64,000 nt of DNA from Candidatus Latescibacterota bacterium (GCA_963791045.1 CAWBQK010000011.1:352635-416634), one strand, 5' to 3'; positions 1 to 13,446 are shown, counted from the stretch's first letter. Notes: a model not told the origin generated them from the sequence alone. Made by a program: numbers and translations.

Positions 1-956
1 TGATTTTTCCGAAGTTGCCCGCGGCGATCATATTGCCCGAGGGCGTTCCCCAGATGCCTGACATGCCGAAAATGGTCCCCGTGTCCATCTGCCCCCAAGC
101 GTTCCCGTCATATTTGAGAACGCGGCCACCCCATCCCGCCGCGAACAACCCGCCCGTCTCGTTGCCCCACACGCTGTATAAATTTTCCATAAATGATTGA
201 TAGCCGATCGACTCCCAACTCATCCCATCGTATTTGTAGGCGACTTGCCCTTCACCAACGACATAGATCTCATCGCTGGTTCGACCCCAAATGTCCTCAA
301 GGTCCCACCACGAGAGTGTGGTTACCGCCTCCCATGCCGATCCATCAAAGTGAACGACAGCCCCGTTTCGCCCAACCGCCCACACATCATCCCTCGAGGT
401 TCCCCATACGGCATGGAGCCGCGCCGGCCCCGGCAAGTCCAATCTTTCCGGCGGAGTCGATTCGGTCCAGGTATCTCCGTCGTAATAGAGTATCGAATCT
501 CCCACGGCAAAGATCTCGCCGGTGTCGGCGACCCATACGTCTCGGAGAACCGATGCTGATTCCGCGCCGAGGAGCAACCAGCTCTCGCCATCGTAGTGAT
601 AAATTTGACCCGCCCAGTATGTATGCGGTTTGGCCACTGCGTAGATGTCGTCCGCGTCGCGCCCCCACACACTGTAGAAATCGACAAACCCCGGGCACCC
701 GTCGCAGTTCATGTTTTCAAAAGAAGAGCCGTCGTAATGGAGAATGGTGCTGTAGTTCCCGACGAGGAACCAGTCCGAGTCGGACGCGGCCCATACGCTC
801 CGGATTGGCTCACGCGTGGGAAGAGGGGCTTCCAAGACCCAATCGGCCTGTTGCGGCCTGGGCGCCGGCGCGATGGGCTTCTGCCCGCAGCCGAAACGAG
901 AGGGAGAAGAGGGTAATGATGATGAATGCGAACTTGAATTTGCATTGTTCGAGCAC
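1..956 (-). CDS. Beta-propeller repeat lipoprotein (W-G-x-S-x-x-D-[VI]-[FY]-A-V-G repeats); 3' end runs off the window; one frameshift in the signal peptide
   Basis: Manual minus-strand reading gives GCGQKPIAPAPRPQQADWVLEAP...SVWAASDSDWFLVG...SVWGRDADDIYAV...AVWGTSRDDVWAVG; paralog of 977-2755. Confidence 0.7.
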
Positions 957-976
957 GGAGCCACCGAACGCCGGGT

Positions 977-2755
977 TTATTTCTTAAGACGGAGTATCCG
1001 CCCGTGATCGCCGATTCCGACGATGTCGTTTGCCGAACTTCCCCAAAGTCCCCAGAAATTCGTGTCCGGGTCCGAAAACATCAGCGTCCACAATACACCG
1101 TCGAAGTGGAAGATGTCGCCTTCAAAAGACGCGGCATACACATCGTTGAATGCCGTTCCCCATATCGCGGTGAGGGTTTTGAGTCCGCCGCCTTTCATCG
1201 GGCTCCAGGTCGCGCCGTCAAAAAAGAGAATCGTTCCCTCGACACCAACAGCGAAGATCGCATCCTCGCCCGTTGCCCCACATACTCATGATTCCGCGGT
1301 CGGTCCCGCTCGTCATCTTTTGCCAGATGTAGCCGTCGAAGCGGATGATCCCGCCTTCGTCACCCGCGATAAAAACATTTTTCGATGAAGTCCCCCAGAC
1401 AACCCACGGGTCGAAATCAATCCCCGTTTCGATCGGCTTCCCATTCGGCGCCATCGTAGTGAAGAACCGAACGGTCACTCCCAATCGCGTATACGTCGAG
1501 TGGGCCGCTGCCCCACACACCCCAGAACCTGTCGTATTCCCAGTAGGATTGCACCCACCAAACCGAACCGTCAAAATGACAAATCAACCCGTCGTTGCCG
1601 ACGGCAAAAACATCATTTGCGCTCGATCCCCATATTGCCTGGAGTACATTCGGGGGACGGGGCGGCACCTCGTTCCAGACATTTCCGTCGTACTGATACG
1701 TGATCCCGTAATCGGCGACCACATATATGTTGTCCGGCCCACTACCCCAAATTCCGTTAAGGTTGGTCGCCGACCCGTTGCACAACGCCTTCCACTCAAC
1801 GCCATCGTAACCAATGATTTTGCCATATCGTCCCGCGGCGATCATTTTACCGGAAGATGATCCCCAGATTCTGGTCAATTGAAAATTGGTCCCCGTGTTC
1901 ATATCCCGCCAGGTGTTTCCGTCGGATCGGATCACCTCGCCGTTAGAGCCCACGGCAAAAAAAACGCCCTCCTCATTGCCCCAAATACTGTGAGCGTAGG
2001 GTCCGTTCAACGGTTCCCATGTCTGGCCGTCGAAGGTGTGTATCAGCAACCTTCCGCAGAGGTAAACTTCGTTGGTCGCCCGCCCCCAGATGTCCTCGAT
2101 ATTTCCGTCTTCGTCTAAGGAATGATCCTCCCACTCGGAGCCGTTGAAGTGGATGAGGAAGCCATCTTCACCGCCCGCCCATACGTCGGTCGGCGAGGAT
2201 CCCCATACGGCCTTAAGCCGCGAGCCCAATTCCGTGTTGGATCTTTCAGGTGGGGTTGTTTCTGTCCAAACCGTTCCGTCGAAGTGGAGAATCGAATCCC
2301 CCACGGCAAAAATCTCGCCGGAGTCAGCGACCCAGATGTCTTCAAGGACTGAAGATGATTCCACGCCGAAGAGCGTCCAGCTCTCCCCATCGTAGTGATA
2401 GATGCGGCCTGAAAAATTGTTGCGAGGGTTTCCCACCGCGATAAACATCATCCGCGGCGCGTCCAAAGACATTGTAGAAGTCGACAATCCCCAGGCACCC
2501 GTCGCAATTCATGCTCTCAAAAGAAGAGCCGTTATAGTGGAGAAGGGTGCTTTGATCCCCGACGAGAAACCAGTCCGTGTCCGATGCGCCCCAAACACCT
2601 CGAATCCAGCCGGGGGCGGGATACGGGGCTTCGAGGACCCAATCGGCCTGTTGCGGGTTGGGTGCGGGCGCGATGGGTTTCTGTCCGCAGCCTGGGGTGA
2701 GCACGGCGAGGGCGGCAAGGAGAACGAGAAACGCGTATTTTGCTGGTCGATCCAT
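977..2755 (-). CDS. Beta-propeller repeat lipoprotein, split by about 3 frameshifts
   Basis: ORF pieces 2342-2950, 1417-2487, 1218-1574 and 977-1198 join into one protein with a lipobox-like TPGC and more than 10 repeats of xWGSSxxDVFAVG...HFDGxxW. Confidence 0.75.
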
Positions 2756-2873
2756 TGTTGTTGATGTGCCTCGCCGATGCCGCAATAACAGCCAAAAATA
2801 ACTCAGGTGTGGCAGAGTGGGCTGGAATCCAATACTATCGGGGAAGCAAGGCCGTGGCCAGAGGAAAACACGA

Positions 2874-3902
2874 ATGCCGAAATCGAAAAAAACGAGCGAA
2901 AAAGAATTGATCGAAGGATTTGCCCGGACGATCGCCGCCGCTAAGTCCAAAGCTCCCGGGATAGTTGTCGGCGTCGGTGACGATGCGGCGGTTCTTCGTC
3001 CAAAACCCTCTCAGGATCTTCTGGTTACGACGGATATAATGGTCGAAGGCCGCCACTTCGAAAAACGCTGGTTCACAGGCCACGCCCTCGGCTGGCGGCT
3101 TGCCGCGGTCAACCTGAGCGATATCGCTTCGATGGGCGGACGGCCGCTTTACGGGCTGCTTTCGTTCGCTCTGCCCAGGGGTTTTGACGAGCGCTATATC
3201 CATGCGGTCGAACGGGGCGTGCGCGATCATCTCGCCACATACGGCGCGTCAATAGTAGGCGGAAATGTGTCGGGGATCGAATCGACACTCGTTTGCGATC
3301 TCACGCTAATCGGATCGTGTGCAAAGGACAAGGCGTGGCGGCGGACGTGCCGCCCGGGGCGGGACGCGATTGTCGTGGCCGGTCATCTCGGCGACGCCCG
3401 CGCGGGCCTCGAGATGTTAAAGCAAACGCGAGGCGAGAAGCGGTCATCACCGCGGCTGGTTGGCGCTTTCAAAAAACCGGTTCCTCGTCTCGACGTCGCG
3501 GAGCTTCTTAGTTGTAATGCCCCGATACACGGCGCGATCGATGTGAGCGACGGGCTTTCGACCGATCTCATTCATATGTGCGAGGCGAGCGGAGCCGGTT
3601 GCGAAATCGACACGGAGAGGCTGCCGTTGTCGCGCGCGCTCCGATCGTTCTGCACGAACCGCGGTCTCGACCCGATCGAGTTCGCGCTAGCCGGCGGCGA
3701 GGACTACGCGCTGGTTCTCGCGGTAGACGCCGGAAAGGCCCAGGCCACTGCGGCGCGTATCGAACGCGCACTGAATATTCCCGCCGTGGTTGTTGGCCGA
3801 TTTACAAAAAAGAAAAACACATATTGTCTCGTTGATACCGACGGCTCGCGACGCGTGTTCAAACCCGAGGGGTGGGACGCGATCCGAAGCCCATCCTCTT
3901 GA
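2874..3902 (+). CDS. thiL: Thiamine-monophosphate kinase
   Basis: GVGDDAAV, TTDIMVEGRHF, AVNLSDIASMGG, DVSDGL and GGEDYAL motifs. Confidence 0.95.
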   Translation: MPKSKKTSEKELIEGFARTIAAAKSKAPGIVVGVGDDAAVLRPKPSQDLLVTTDIMVEGRHFEKRWFTGHALGWRLAAVNLSDIASMGGRPLYGLLSFALPRGFDERYIHAVERGVRDHLATYGASIVGGNVSGIESTLVCDLTLIGSCAKDKAWRRTCRPGRDAIVVAGHLGDARAGLEMLKQTRGEKRSSPRLVGAFKKPVPRLDVAELLSCNAPIHGAIDVSDGLSTDLIHMCEASGAGCEIDTERLPLSRALRSFCTNRGLDPIEFALAGGEDYALVLAVDAGKAQATAARIERALNIPAVVVGRFTKKKNTYCLVDTDGSRRVFKPEGWDAIRSPSS

Positions 3903-3915
3903 GAACGGAGAGTCC

Positions 3916-5412
3916 ATGAAATTGCCCCACCGATTCACGATGCTAGCGGTTTTTGTGTCGGTTTTGATGTGGTTGAGCGCCGCTGCCGGTCCGGTGGCCG
4001 CACAAGCTGACCCCGCCGCGGCTTCGGCTTGCGAGTGTCTCGATACCTCCAACCCCGAAGACAAAGCAGCCGTGGTCTGGCGTGGGCCCTCCCCAAGTCT
4101 ATCCCTTCCGGAGCTTGCTACACTCGTCGCGCCTGTCCTTTGGTATTCCGTCGACGAGCCGTTGGTAGTTATGGGTGATTTGCCACTCCCGCACGCGCAT
4201 CCCTGTGACGATCCGGCCGAGTTGGGGGTGACCTATTATCAGGTGACCAAGATTATGCTCAGGCCGGGCGCCGACGAGGTGACGATACCTGAACAGGAAG
4301 ACGCAGCCTTTTTTGAAAAGACCGACCAGTTCACCGTCAGGTACTATTTTTACTACCATCAGGACTATGGTATGAACGGGCATGTCCACGATCTCGAGGT
4401 CGCCGAGTTCGAGGTCTCCCTTGCCGAAACCGATTCGGGCTGTTTTGAAGTTGAAATATTGCGGGTCACGGCGTTGGCTCACGGCACCGACTGGTATTCG
4501 AACGAGCTTCAGATCAATGGCGAATTCGTCAGGACTCCTATTGTCCTTTTTGTCGAGGAAGGCAAGCATGCCACTTGCCCCGACCGGAACGCCGACGGTA
4601 TTTACACCCCGGGTTACGATGTCAATGTGAGAATCAACGACGCCTGGGGAGTTCGCGATGTCTTTGGCGCCGGCTGGCTCATCGCTCCCGGATACACGGC
4701 ATCGATGACCAAACCCCGTCATCTCCGGTTCAGAGTTTTGCCGCCGGATTCTCCTAATCGCTGCGACGTTGATGTTTTTTCCTCCTCCTTGAGGGATACG
4801 ACTGATTTGGACCATTACGAGCTTCGGGCGGCCAATACCGTCGTCATGTGTGAAGACGTTCCACCGGATCGGGAATTTCTCATCGAAATGATGACGAAAC
4901 ATCATTTTGGCGGGGGGAACGAACCCGAGCAGCTCAAATCGGGGAGCGTCAAGAAACTCGCCGACCCATTGCTCGGATCGGGTAGGCTGCCGTCGATCAA
5001 TCTTCGGTGGGACCGGGGTCTGGGTGTGTCTTTTGCGGCGCAGGGTCTGCCAATCGAGGCAATCTATCTCGTGCCCAGGGCAACCTGGATCTTCGATACT
5101 GGTGAAGTGAGTGCCGAGGGGCTCATTAGCACATCGGCCTCGCGGTTTATGGGAAGTTACCTCAGCGCCGGCGCCGCTTACGAATACGATCGGTGGAGAA
5201 ATTCGAGCGGTGGTATCGAGAAAGCCACGGACAAACGGTGGAACTTCGTCGCCGAGACGGGGGTCAAGTTCCGTTTTCGCATATCGGGCAAATTACGGTT
5301 CGCCACGCTGGGTTACCAGTTCGCCGGTGTTCGTTTCGGAATTAGAGTCAGCGGGTTCGACAGCTTCAAGAACGGACGATTCATTGCCGAGATCGGTGGC
5401 GGTGTGTGGTAA
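3916..5412 (+). CDS. Secreted hypothetical protein with a C-terminal beta-barrel-like region ending in W
   Basis: Signal peptide MKLPHRFTMLAV...AAQA; H-x-H-D-x-E and EEGKHA motifs; alternating beta-strand C-terminus. Confidence 0.7.
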   Translation: MKLPHRFTMLAVFVSVLMWLSAAAGPVAAQADPAAASACECLDTSNPEDKAAVVWRGPSPSLSLPELATLVAPVLWYSVDEPLVVMGDLPLPHAHPCDDPAELGVTYYQVTKIMLRPGADEVTIPEQEDAAFFEKTDQFTVRYYFYYHQDYGMNGHVHDLEVAEFEVSLAETDSGCFEVEILRVTALAHGTDWYSNELQINGEFVRTPIVLFVEEGKHATCPDRNADGIYTPGYDVNVRINDAWGVRDVFGAGWLIAPGYTASMTKPRHLRFRVLPPDSPNRCDVDVFSSSLRDTTDLDHYELRAANTVVMCEDVPPDREFLIEMMTKHHFGGGNEPEQLKSGSVKKLADPLLGSGRLPSINLRWDRGLGVSFAAQGLPIEAIYLVPRATWIFDTGEVSAEGLISTSASRFMGSYLSAGAAYEYDRWRNSSGGIEKATDKRWNFVAETGVKFRFRISGKLRFATLGYQFAGVRFGIRVSGFDSFKNGRFIAEIGGGVW

Positions 5413-5477
5413 CCCGAAACAAGGGTCGCACGCGCTGATATTCTGCGTATAGGGGTCAAATTCTTATCAGGTTAGCG

Positions 5478-5530
5478 AGCCGCGATTCGCGCTCCCGCAG
5501 CGGGCTGCGCCTATTCGCGGCTTTCTTTTT
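5478..5530 (+). terminator. GC-rich hairpin followed by a T-tract
   Basis: agccgcga...tcgcggct followed by ttcttttt. Confidence 0.45.
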
Positions 5531-5640
5531 GCCCTCTTATTTGTTATAGTTCTGGAACGATACGCCGCATGGGCGCCATTCATAACCAATTGTAATATAT
5601 AACGATAGACTAATCCCTCTCCTCGCGTGGAGTCCTTCTT

Positions 5641-7032
5641 ATGACGTACACGGTGTCGTTCGAGACACTCGGCTGTCGGCTCAATCAGGCCGAGACGGCG
5701 GTCTTTACCCGGCAGTTTGTCGGGCAGGGGTACCGTCTTGTCGACGACAGCGCCGAGGCCGATCTCTGCATCATCAACACGTGTACGCTCACGCACTCCG
5801 CGACATCGAAGTGCCGACGGCTGATTCGTTCGATCATCCGGCGCAATCCCGATGTCTGTATTGCCGCCGTGGGGTGTTACGCGCAGACCGCCGTTGAGGA
5901 ACTCAAGGCGATTGCCGGGCTAGACTATATTGTCGGGACGGCGGACAAGATGCGTTTGCCTGAAATTATTCCGTCGCCGGTCAAGCTTCTCGAACCCGTT
6001 GTCGTCCGGCGGGCGGCGGCACGCGAGCGTTTCACGATCGACGCGGTGGGGTACTACCCGTCGCATACTCGCGCCAACCTCAAGGTTCAGGAAGGGTGCA
6101 ATTTTGTTTGTTCGTACTGCATCATTCCCCGGAGCAGAGGGCCGGCACGAAGCCGCGATTTTGACAATGTGATTCATGAGGCCGGTGCGCTCGTCGACGA
6201 AGGACATCGTGAGCTTATCGTCACGGGCATAAATGTCGGCACATACGAAGACGACGGACGGTCGCTCGTCGAAATGGTCGACGCGCTCGATCGTATTGAT
6301 GGGCTCGAACGGATACGATTGAGTTCGATCGAACCGACGACCATAGCGGATGAATTGCTCGAACGCATGGCGGACGGCGGAAAGTTGTGTCCGTACCTCC
6401 ACATCCCGGTTCAAAGCGGTGACGATGGCGTGCTCGCGAGGATGCGCCGCAAGTACACCGTGGGGGAATACATCAACTATGTTGATCGTGTTCTCGAACG
6501 CGTTCAGGGAATTGGTCTCGGGACCGACATAATGGTGGGATTTCCCGGCGAGGATGACGCGGCCTTCGATAAAAGCTGCCGCGTGATCGAACGATCGCCC
6601 TATACAAACGTACATGTATTTAGTTTCTCCGCGCGGAAGGGGACGGGGGCGCAGGGTATGCTCGATCATGTTCCGGGAGATGTGATCGCCGAGCGTAGCC
6701 GCGAAATTCACCGGATAGCGAACACGAAGAAACACGAGTACATCGAAAAGCAAAAGGGTCTGCGGCTTCGGGTGCTTTTCGAAGAACCGCTTTCGAATGG
6801 GTACTTCGTCGGTTTTTCGGACAACTATGTAAAGGTCGGTGTGCCCGTCGTTGAGAACGAAGACCTTTCCAACCGAATTGGTGTTGTCGAGGTCACGGGC
6901 GTTTTGTCGTCATCAGATCGCGCTGGAGCTCTTCTAGCCACCGGCGAGCTTATCGAAATCGAACCAGGCGGTTCTGGAGTTAACACCGCCGCGCTCAGCG
7001 CGCACGACACAACCGGTCGAACGTCGAATTAA
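5641..7032 (+). CDS. mtaB: tRNA t6A37 methylthiotransferase MtaB
   Basis: TLGCRLNQAET, INTCTLT, KVQEGCNFVCSYC radical-SAM motif, HVFSFSARKGT. Confidence 0.9.
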   Translation: MTYTVSFETLGCRLNQAETAVFTRQFVGQGYRLVDDSAEADLCIINTCTLTHSATSKCRRLIRSIIRRNPDVCIAAVGCYAQTAVEELKAIAGLDYIVGTADKMRLPEIIPSPVKLLEPVVVRRAAARERFTIDAVGYYPSHTRANLKVQEGCNFVCSYCIIPRSRGPARSRDFDNVIHEAGALVDEGHRELIVTGINVGTYEDDGRSLVEMVDALDRIDGLERIRLSSIEPTTIADELLERMADGGKLCPYLHIPVQSGDDGVLARMRRKYTVGEYINYVDRVLERVQGIGLGTDIMVGFPGEDDAAFDKSCRVIERSPYTNVHVFSFSARKGTGAQGMLDHVPGDVIAERSREIHRIANTKKHEYIEKQKGLRLRVLFEEPLSNGYFVGFSDNYVKVGVPVVENEDLSNRIGVVEVTGVLSSSDRAGALLATGELIEIEPGGSGVNTAALSAHDTTGRTSN

Positions 7033-7047
7033 CAACAAGGAAGCGCG

Positions 7048-8391
<1,344 letters not shown>

Positions 8392-8396
8392 GGGAC

Positions 8397-9553
8397 ATGT
8401 CGGATGATATGTGGGCGCTGGTGTTCGATCGGTCAAAGGACGAATGGGAAAAAGTCGGGGGTTGCGCAAGGTGCGAGTCAAAAAGCCGATTCTCGATGAA
8501 AAAACCCGCTCGACGCCGAGCGCGTCGTTATAAAGGTTCTTTACTCAGGTGTGTGCGGGTCGGACAAGGGGATCTGGATCGAAATGCGTTCAAGGATATG
8601 ATTTACGATTCGCTCGATGAGGAACGCAAGGATGTCCGCATAACCGGGCACGAGTTGCTCGGCCAGGTTGTCGATGCGGGGTCGCTCGCGGATAAACACT
8701 ACGGGTTTCGCGCGGGAGACATCGTTACCACCGAATCGCATATCACATGCGGCAAATGTCTCCAATGCCGGATCGGGCAACGCGAGGTTTGCCAGGACGA
8801 GTTGATTATTGGTTTTTCGCTCGATGGGTGTTTTGCCGAATACATCAAGCTTCCCGCCGAGGTGTTGTGGAAGAGCGATCCCAAGAAGATCCGCAAGGAA
8901 GTCGGCGCGATCCAGGAGCCCTTTGGCAATGCGGTTCACGCGTGCACGAAGGTTGATCTGCGAGGCAAGAGCCTGGCGATCTTTGGATGCGGGACGATCG
9001 GGATGTTTACCGATTCTAACCGCCAAAGCGCTGGGCGTATCAAGGATCATCGGCATCGAACCCAACGAAGACAACGCAGAGCTCGCCGAACGGATTGGTG
9101 TCGACAAGGTCGTGCGTTTCAAACCAAGCGATGATTGGAGAGCAACCCTGCTGTCGTCAAAGAGGTTCGGGAGTTTGGCGGCGACGGCGTCGATGTGGCG
9201 ATCGAGATGGCTGGATACAATTCATCGGTGAATAACGCATTGCGGTCGGTGCGCATGGGTGGCGAGGTTGTGTTGTTTGGCATCAAGAGCGGGGATTTTC
9301 AGATCGAAGAGTTCTCGCATGTGATCGTGGCGGGGAATCACGATGTACAGCGTGATTGGACGGCGGATTTTTGAGACGTGGAATATTTCGACAAATCTCC
9401 TCGAAGCACGAGAGAATCAAAATTCAGGACAGGATATTCAATGTAATCCTGAACGAAGGCAAGGACACGGTGATCCCGATCGAAGACTACGATCCCGAGG
9501 ATTTCGAGAAACGGATGATGTCGCATCCGAAAGTTCTAATCAAGTGGTCATAA
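8397..9553 (+). CDS. tdh: L-threonine 3-dehydrogenase-like Zn-dependent dehydrogenase (frameshifted)
   Basis: GVCGSD, GHE, ESHITCGKCLQC, QEPFGNAVH, GCGTIG; adjacent to kbl. Confidence 0.75.
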
Positions 9554-9583
9554 GCGGCGAACAGATACTAAGGAGGAGACAGA

Positions 9584-10782
9584 ATGTACGGTGCGTTGAA
9601 AGAGGTGTTGGGTAAGGAGCTGGGTTCGATCAGGGATGCGGGGCTTTTCAAGGACGAACGGATGATCCTCAGTCCGCAGGCCGCGAAAATAAAAGTCAAG
9701 GACGGGGATGTCATTAATTTCTGCGCGAACAACTATCTCGGGCTTGTCGTCGCATCCGCAACATAATCGAAGCGGCGCACCACGGGCCTCGACGGCTGGG
9801 GGTTTGGAATGTCTTCCGTGCGGTTTATCTGCGGAACCCAGGACATCCACAAACAGCTCGAGGCGAAAGATCGCCGACTTTCCTCGGCATGGACGACACC
9901 ATCCTCTACACGTCATGTTTTGACGCCAACGGCGGTCTCTTCGAAGCAATCCTCGGCGAGAAGGACGCATCATCAGCGATCAGCTCAACCATGCGAGCAT
10001 CATCGACGGCGTCCGTCTGTGCAAAGCGGACCGCAAGCGGTACCTCAACAGCGACATGAACGATCTCGAGGACAAACTCAAAGAATCCAAAAACCAACGT
10101 GTCTGAGACTGATCGCCACCGATGGCGTGTTCAGCATGGACGGATTACATCGCAAAGCTCGGCGAGATCTGCGATCTCGCGGAAAAATACGACGCGCTCG
10201 TTATGGTGGATGATTCCCACGCCACGGGTTTTGTCGGCAAAACGGGCCGCGGCACTCCCGAGCATCGCGACGTCATGGGCCGGATCGACATCATTACATC
10301 GACGCTTGGCAAAGCGCTTGGCGGCGCCTCGGGCGGGTTTACCGCGGCGACGGCAAGAGATCATCGACTTTTTCCGCCAGCGTTCGCGTCCTTATCTTTT
10401 CTCGAACACGCTGGCGCCGTCGATCGTCATGGCGGGGCTCGACGTCTCGATCTTCTCGAGGAGACGACAGAGCTTCGCGACAAACTCGAAACAAATACCA
10501 CTTATTTCCGCGAGCAAGATGACAAGGCGGGATTTGACATCAAAGAAGGCACTCACCCGATCGTTCCTGATCATGCTCGGTGACGCCAAGCTCGCCGCGG
10601 ATATTGCCAGCCGATCTTCTCGGTCAAGGAATTTATGTGATCGGATTTAGCTTTCCCGTGGTGCCGAAGGGTGAGGCGCGGATCCGCGTTCAGATTTCCG
10701 CGGCGACACGAGCGCGAACATCTCGATCAAGGCCGTTGAGGCGTTCACCAAGATGGGCCGCAAACACGGCGTCGTAAGCTGA
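9584..10782 (+). CDS. kbl: Glycine C-acetyltransferase (frameshifted)
   Basis: [75 protein letters not shown]. Confidence 0.92.
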
Positions 10783-10799
10783 TCCGGCGGAGACGGAAG

Positions 10800-11719
10800 A
10801 TGAGTATGAGATCAGAATATTCTGCGCGTAGTTTTGTTGCCGTCGTCGTGATGTGCGCGCTTCCCGCTGCGGGAGCCGCGCAAGTTGATTTCAGCAGTCA
10901 CTGGCATGACGGCAAAGCCGAGTTCGATGGTTACCGGCTCGTCGTCGAGCCGGTACGGCAGGAGCGAGCGGGAACCTGCGTGATGATTTATGTCACCGAA
11001 CCGTTCAGCGAATCCAGGCGGGTCAAGGTCGACGATCCGGACAAAAATCCCGGAGACACGTTTGACGTCTTGAAACTCAACCTCGTTCGTGATTTCCAAA
11101 CGGGGATCTATGATTACAACACCATGGTGTCTGTTTTTTCCCGGACGTCCGACTTTTCTCCGGCGAAAATACGTTTACGAGCGCCGAGTGGTGTGGTCAC
11201 GTGTTCGAGAAACTTCTTTTCTATCCCGAAAACATCACCGGCTACTACCACAGCTATTTCGAGGACGAGTCCGGTGAACGACGCTTGAAAAACCACGCCA
11301 ACGGCGTGGTTGAGGATAACCTGTTCATCCTTCTCAGGGGACTTCGCGGACACTATCTCGAGCCCGGCGCGTCAAAAAGTGCGCGGCTTTTGCCGAGCGT
11401 TTACTACGGACGGCTCACGCACAAATCGCTCGAGTGGGAAGACGCGGAGATCTCGAGGCTCGACAAGACCGAGACGATTACGGTTCCCGCCGGTTCTTTC
11501 AAAACGATCGTTTACAAGGTCAAGACCGGTGACCGCAATGGGACGTACTATGTTGAAAGCGAGTACCCACACCGGATCGTTCGCTGGGAAATGCTTCCCG
11601 ACATCAAGGGAGAGCTGACCGGTTCGAAACGGATGGCGTACTGGGGGCTCAACAAAAATGGAGACGAAATCCATCTCAACGATATAGGACTCGGGACTCC
11701 TGTCCCCACAGGGAAATAA
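10800..11719 (+). CDS. Secreted hypothetical protein (frameshifted; DUF3108-like C-terminus)
   Basis: Signal peptide; WHDGKAE, IYVTEPFS, FQTGIYDY, EWCGH in the alternate frame, ITVPAGSF. Confidence 0.65.
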
Positions 11720-11744
11720 CTCTTCAACCAGAGGGAGGCTCGCG

Positions 11745-12569
11745 ATGCGAAACGCGAAACTGGTTCTCGGTAGCCTGTTGGTTCTCACATTCGCCTTGTC
11801 CGCCGCACACGCCGGTACGGTCATGGTCGTCGATACCTGGGCGTACGATCAGTTCTCCGATAGCGGTACGCACACCTGGTATTTGGAGCCCACCATGGCG
11901 CGGATCGAGTTCAAGACGGATAGCGAAGAAACCTGGGTCATTTATGACCTCTCGAACAGGGATGAGCCGGTGATGTTTATCATCGAGCCGGCCACGAATT
12001 CCTATATGACGCTGGACAAGAAATCGCTCGATAAGGCTGAGGGAAAAATGCGTGAAGGCATGGAGATGATGGAAAACTACATGTCCAGTATGCCCGCCGA
12101 ACAACGCGATGCGATCAAAAAGCAATACGGAAAACAGATCCGTCAGGCGGAGAAGATGATGTATTACGAAGACAGAATGAAAAAGATGAAGTATGAAAAA
12201 GTCGCCGGCGGAGAAAAAATAGAAGAGTGGACGTGCGATCATTACAAGGCCACGTTCAAAGATGAAGTCTACAAAGAGATCTGGGTGGCGCCGTGGGACG
12301 GGCTTGGAGTTGGATATGACGACCTCGCCGTTCTGGCTTCGATGGCCGAGATGTTCAAAGGTTTTGCCGGCGAGATGATTCCCTTTATGGACAAGAAGGC
12401 GGAAGGCGACAGCGGAGCCATAACAGGCTTTCCTGTAAAGACATACATGTTTGATGACGGCAAAAAGGTTGTCAAACAGGAAGTCAAGGAAGTGCGGAAA
12501 GAAGATATCGACGCCAAGCTGTTTGAATTGCCCGAAGGTTTTGACGAAAAGGAACCGGTCTTTCAATAG
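11745..12569 (+). CDS. DUF4412-like secreted protein
   Basis: Signal peptide; Met/Glu-rich helical middle; WTCDHY, GFPV, FELPEGF. Confidence 0.7.
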   Translation: MRNAKLVLGSLLVLTFALSAAHAGTVMVVDTWAYDQFSDSGTHTWYLEPTMARIEFKTDSEETWVIYDLSNRDEPVMFIIEPATNSYMTLDKKSLDKAEGKMREGMEMMENYMSSMPAEQRDAIKKQYGKQIRQAEKMMYYEDRMKKMKYEKVAGGEKIEEWTCDHYKATFKDEVYKEIWVAPWDGLGVGYDDLAVLASMAEMFKGFAGEMIPFMDKKAEGDSGAITGFPVKTYMFDDGKKVVKQEVKEVRKEDIDAKLFELPEGFDEKEPVFQ

Positions 12570-12618
12570 AGCCGGATGATGTTTAATTTTGAACGAGTTT
12601 ATTGGAGGTTCATTCTTA

Positions 12619-13446
12619 ATGATCAGATCAATCAATGTTCACCGCAGCTGTTTGCTCCTCCTTGTTGCGGCGGTCATGACGGTTCCGGTGTTTGTTTCGG
12701 TGGCGACGGCGGGAACCGTGGTCACGCTCCACACTGAGTATTTCAGTCCCGACCGGGCCGACGAGAATGCGACGGTCTATTTCGACAAGAACTGCGTGCG
12801 ATTCGACGCCATGCAGGACGATCAGGACATCGCGCTGATTTTCAGGAACGATCTCGACTCTGGTCCGGTCTGCTGGGTGGTCGACAATACGAAAGGCACG
12901 TACTTCGAGGTCAATGAGGAAACCGTCAAGGAGATTCAGGAACAGATCGTGCAGGCCAAGGCCATGATGGAAGAGCAGCTGAAAAACGTTCCGCCGGAAA
13001 CCCGCGCGCAGTACCAGAAAATGATCGAAGAGAAGATGGGAAAGGTCGGCCGCACCGATCTCGACATCGAATTCAAGGAAGTCGCGTCCGGAGTGAAAGT
13101 CAACGCCTGGAAATGCAAACAGTACGAGTCGTTTGTTGATGGGGCAAAACACGAAGATGTGTGGGCGGCGCCGGCCGGGGATCTCGGGCTGACCAACGCA
13201 GACCTCCAGGTGCTTCGTGGGATGAGCGAGCTCTTTTCGGGGATCAGCCCCGAGACGAACGCGTTTTTCCAGGTGGGCAAAGAGGGCAAGCGAGGATTCG
13301 AGGGATTTCCCGTTCTGGTTGTCGAGTACATGGATGGCGAGAAACATGAGAAATCGGAAGTAAAATCGGTCGTTCAAAGAGACCTCGCCAAACATATCTT
13401 CGAGCTTCCCGAGGGCGCCAAAAAACAGGTGCTGCCCGGGCAGTGA
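12619..13446 (+). CDS. DUF4412-like secreted protein (paralog of the upstream gene)
   Basis: Same architecture: WKCKQY, GFPV, FELPEG. Confidence 0.7.
   Translation: MIRSINVHRSCLLLLVAAVMTVPVFVSVATAGTVVTLHTEYFSPDRADENATVYFDKNCVRFDAMQDDQDIALIFRNDLDSGPVCWVVDNTKGTYFEVNEETVKEIQEQIVQAKAMMEEQLKNVPPETRAQYQKMIEEKMGKVGRTDLDIEFKEVASGVKVNAWKCKQYESFVDGAKHEDVWAAPAGDLGLTNADLQVLRGMSELFSGISPETNAFFQVGKEGKRGFEGFPVLVVEYMDGEKHEKSEVKSVVQRDLAKHIFELPEGAKKQVLPGQ

Noticed and set aside
193-987. Long plus-strand ORFs here and similar antisense ORFs (e.g. 46903-48141, 58293-59631)
   Set aside because: Shadow ORFs opposite well-supported genes in GC-rich DNA
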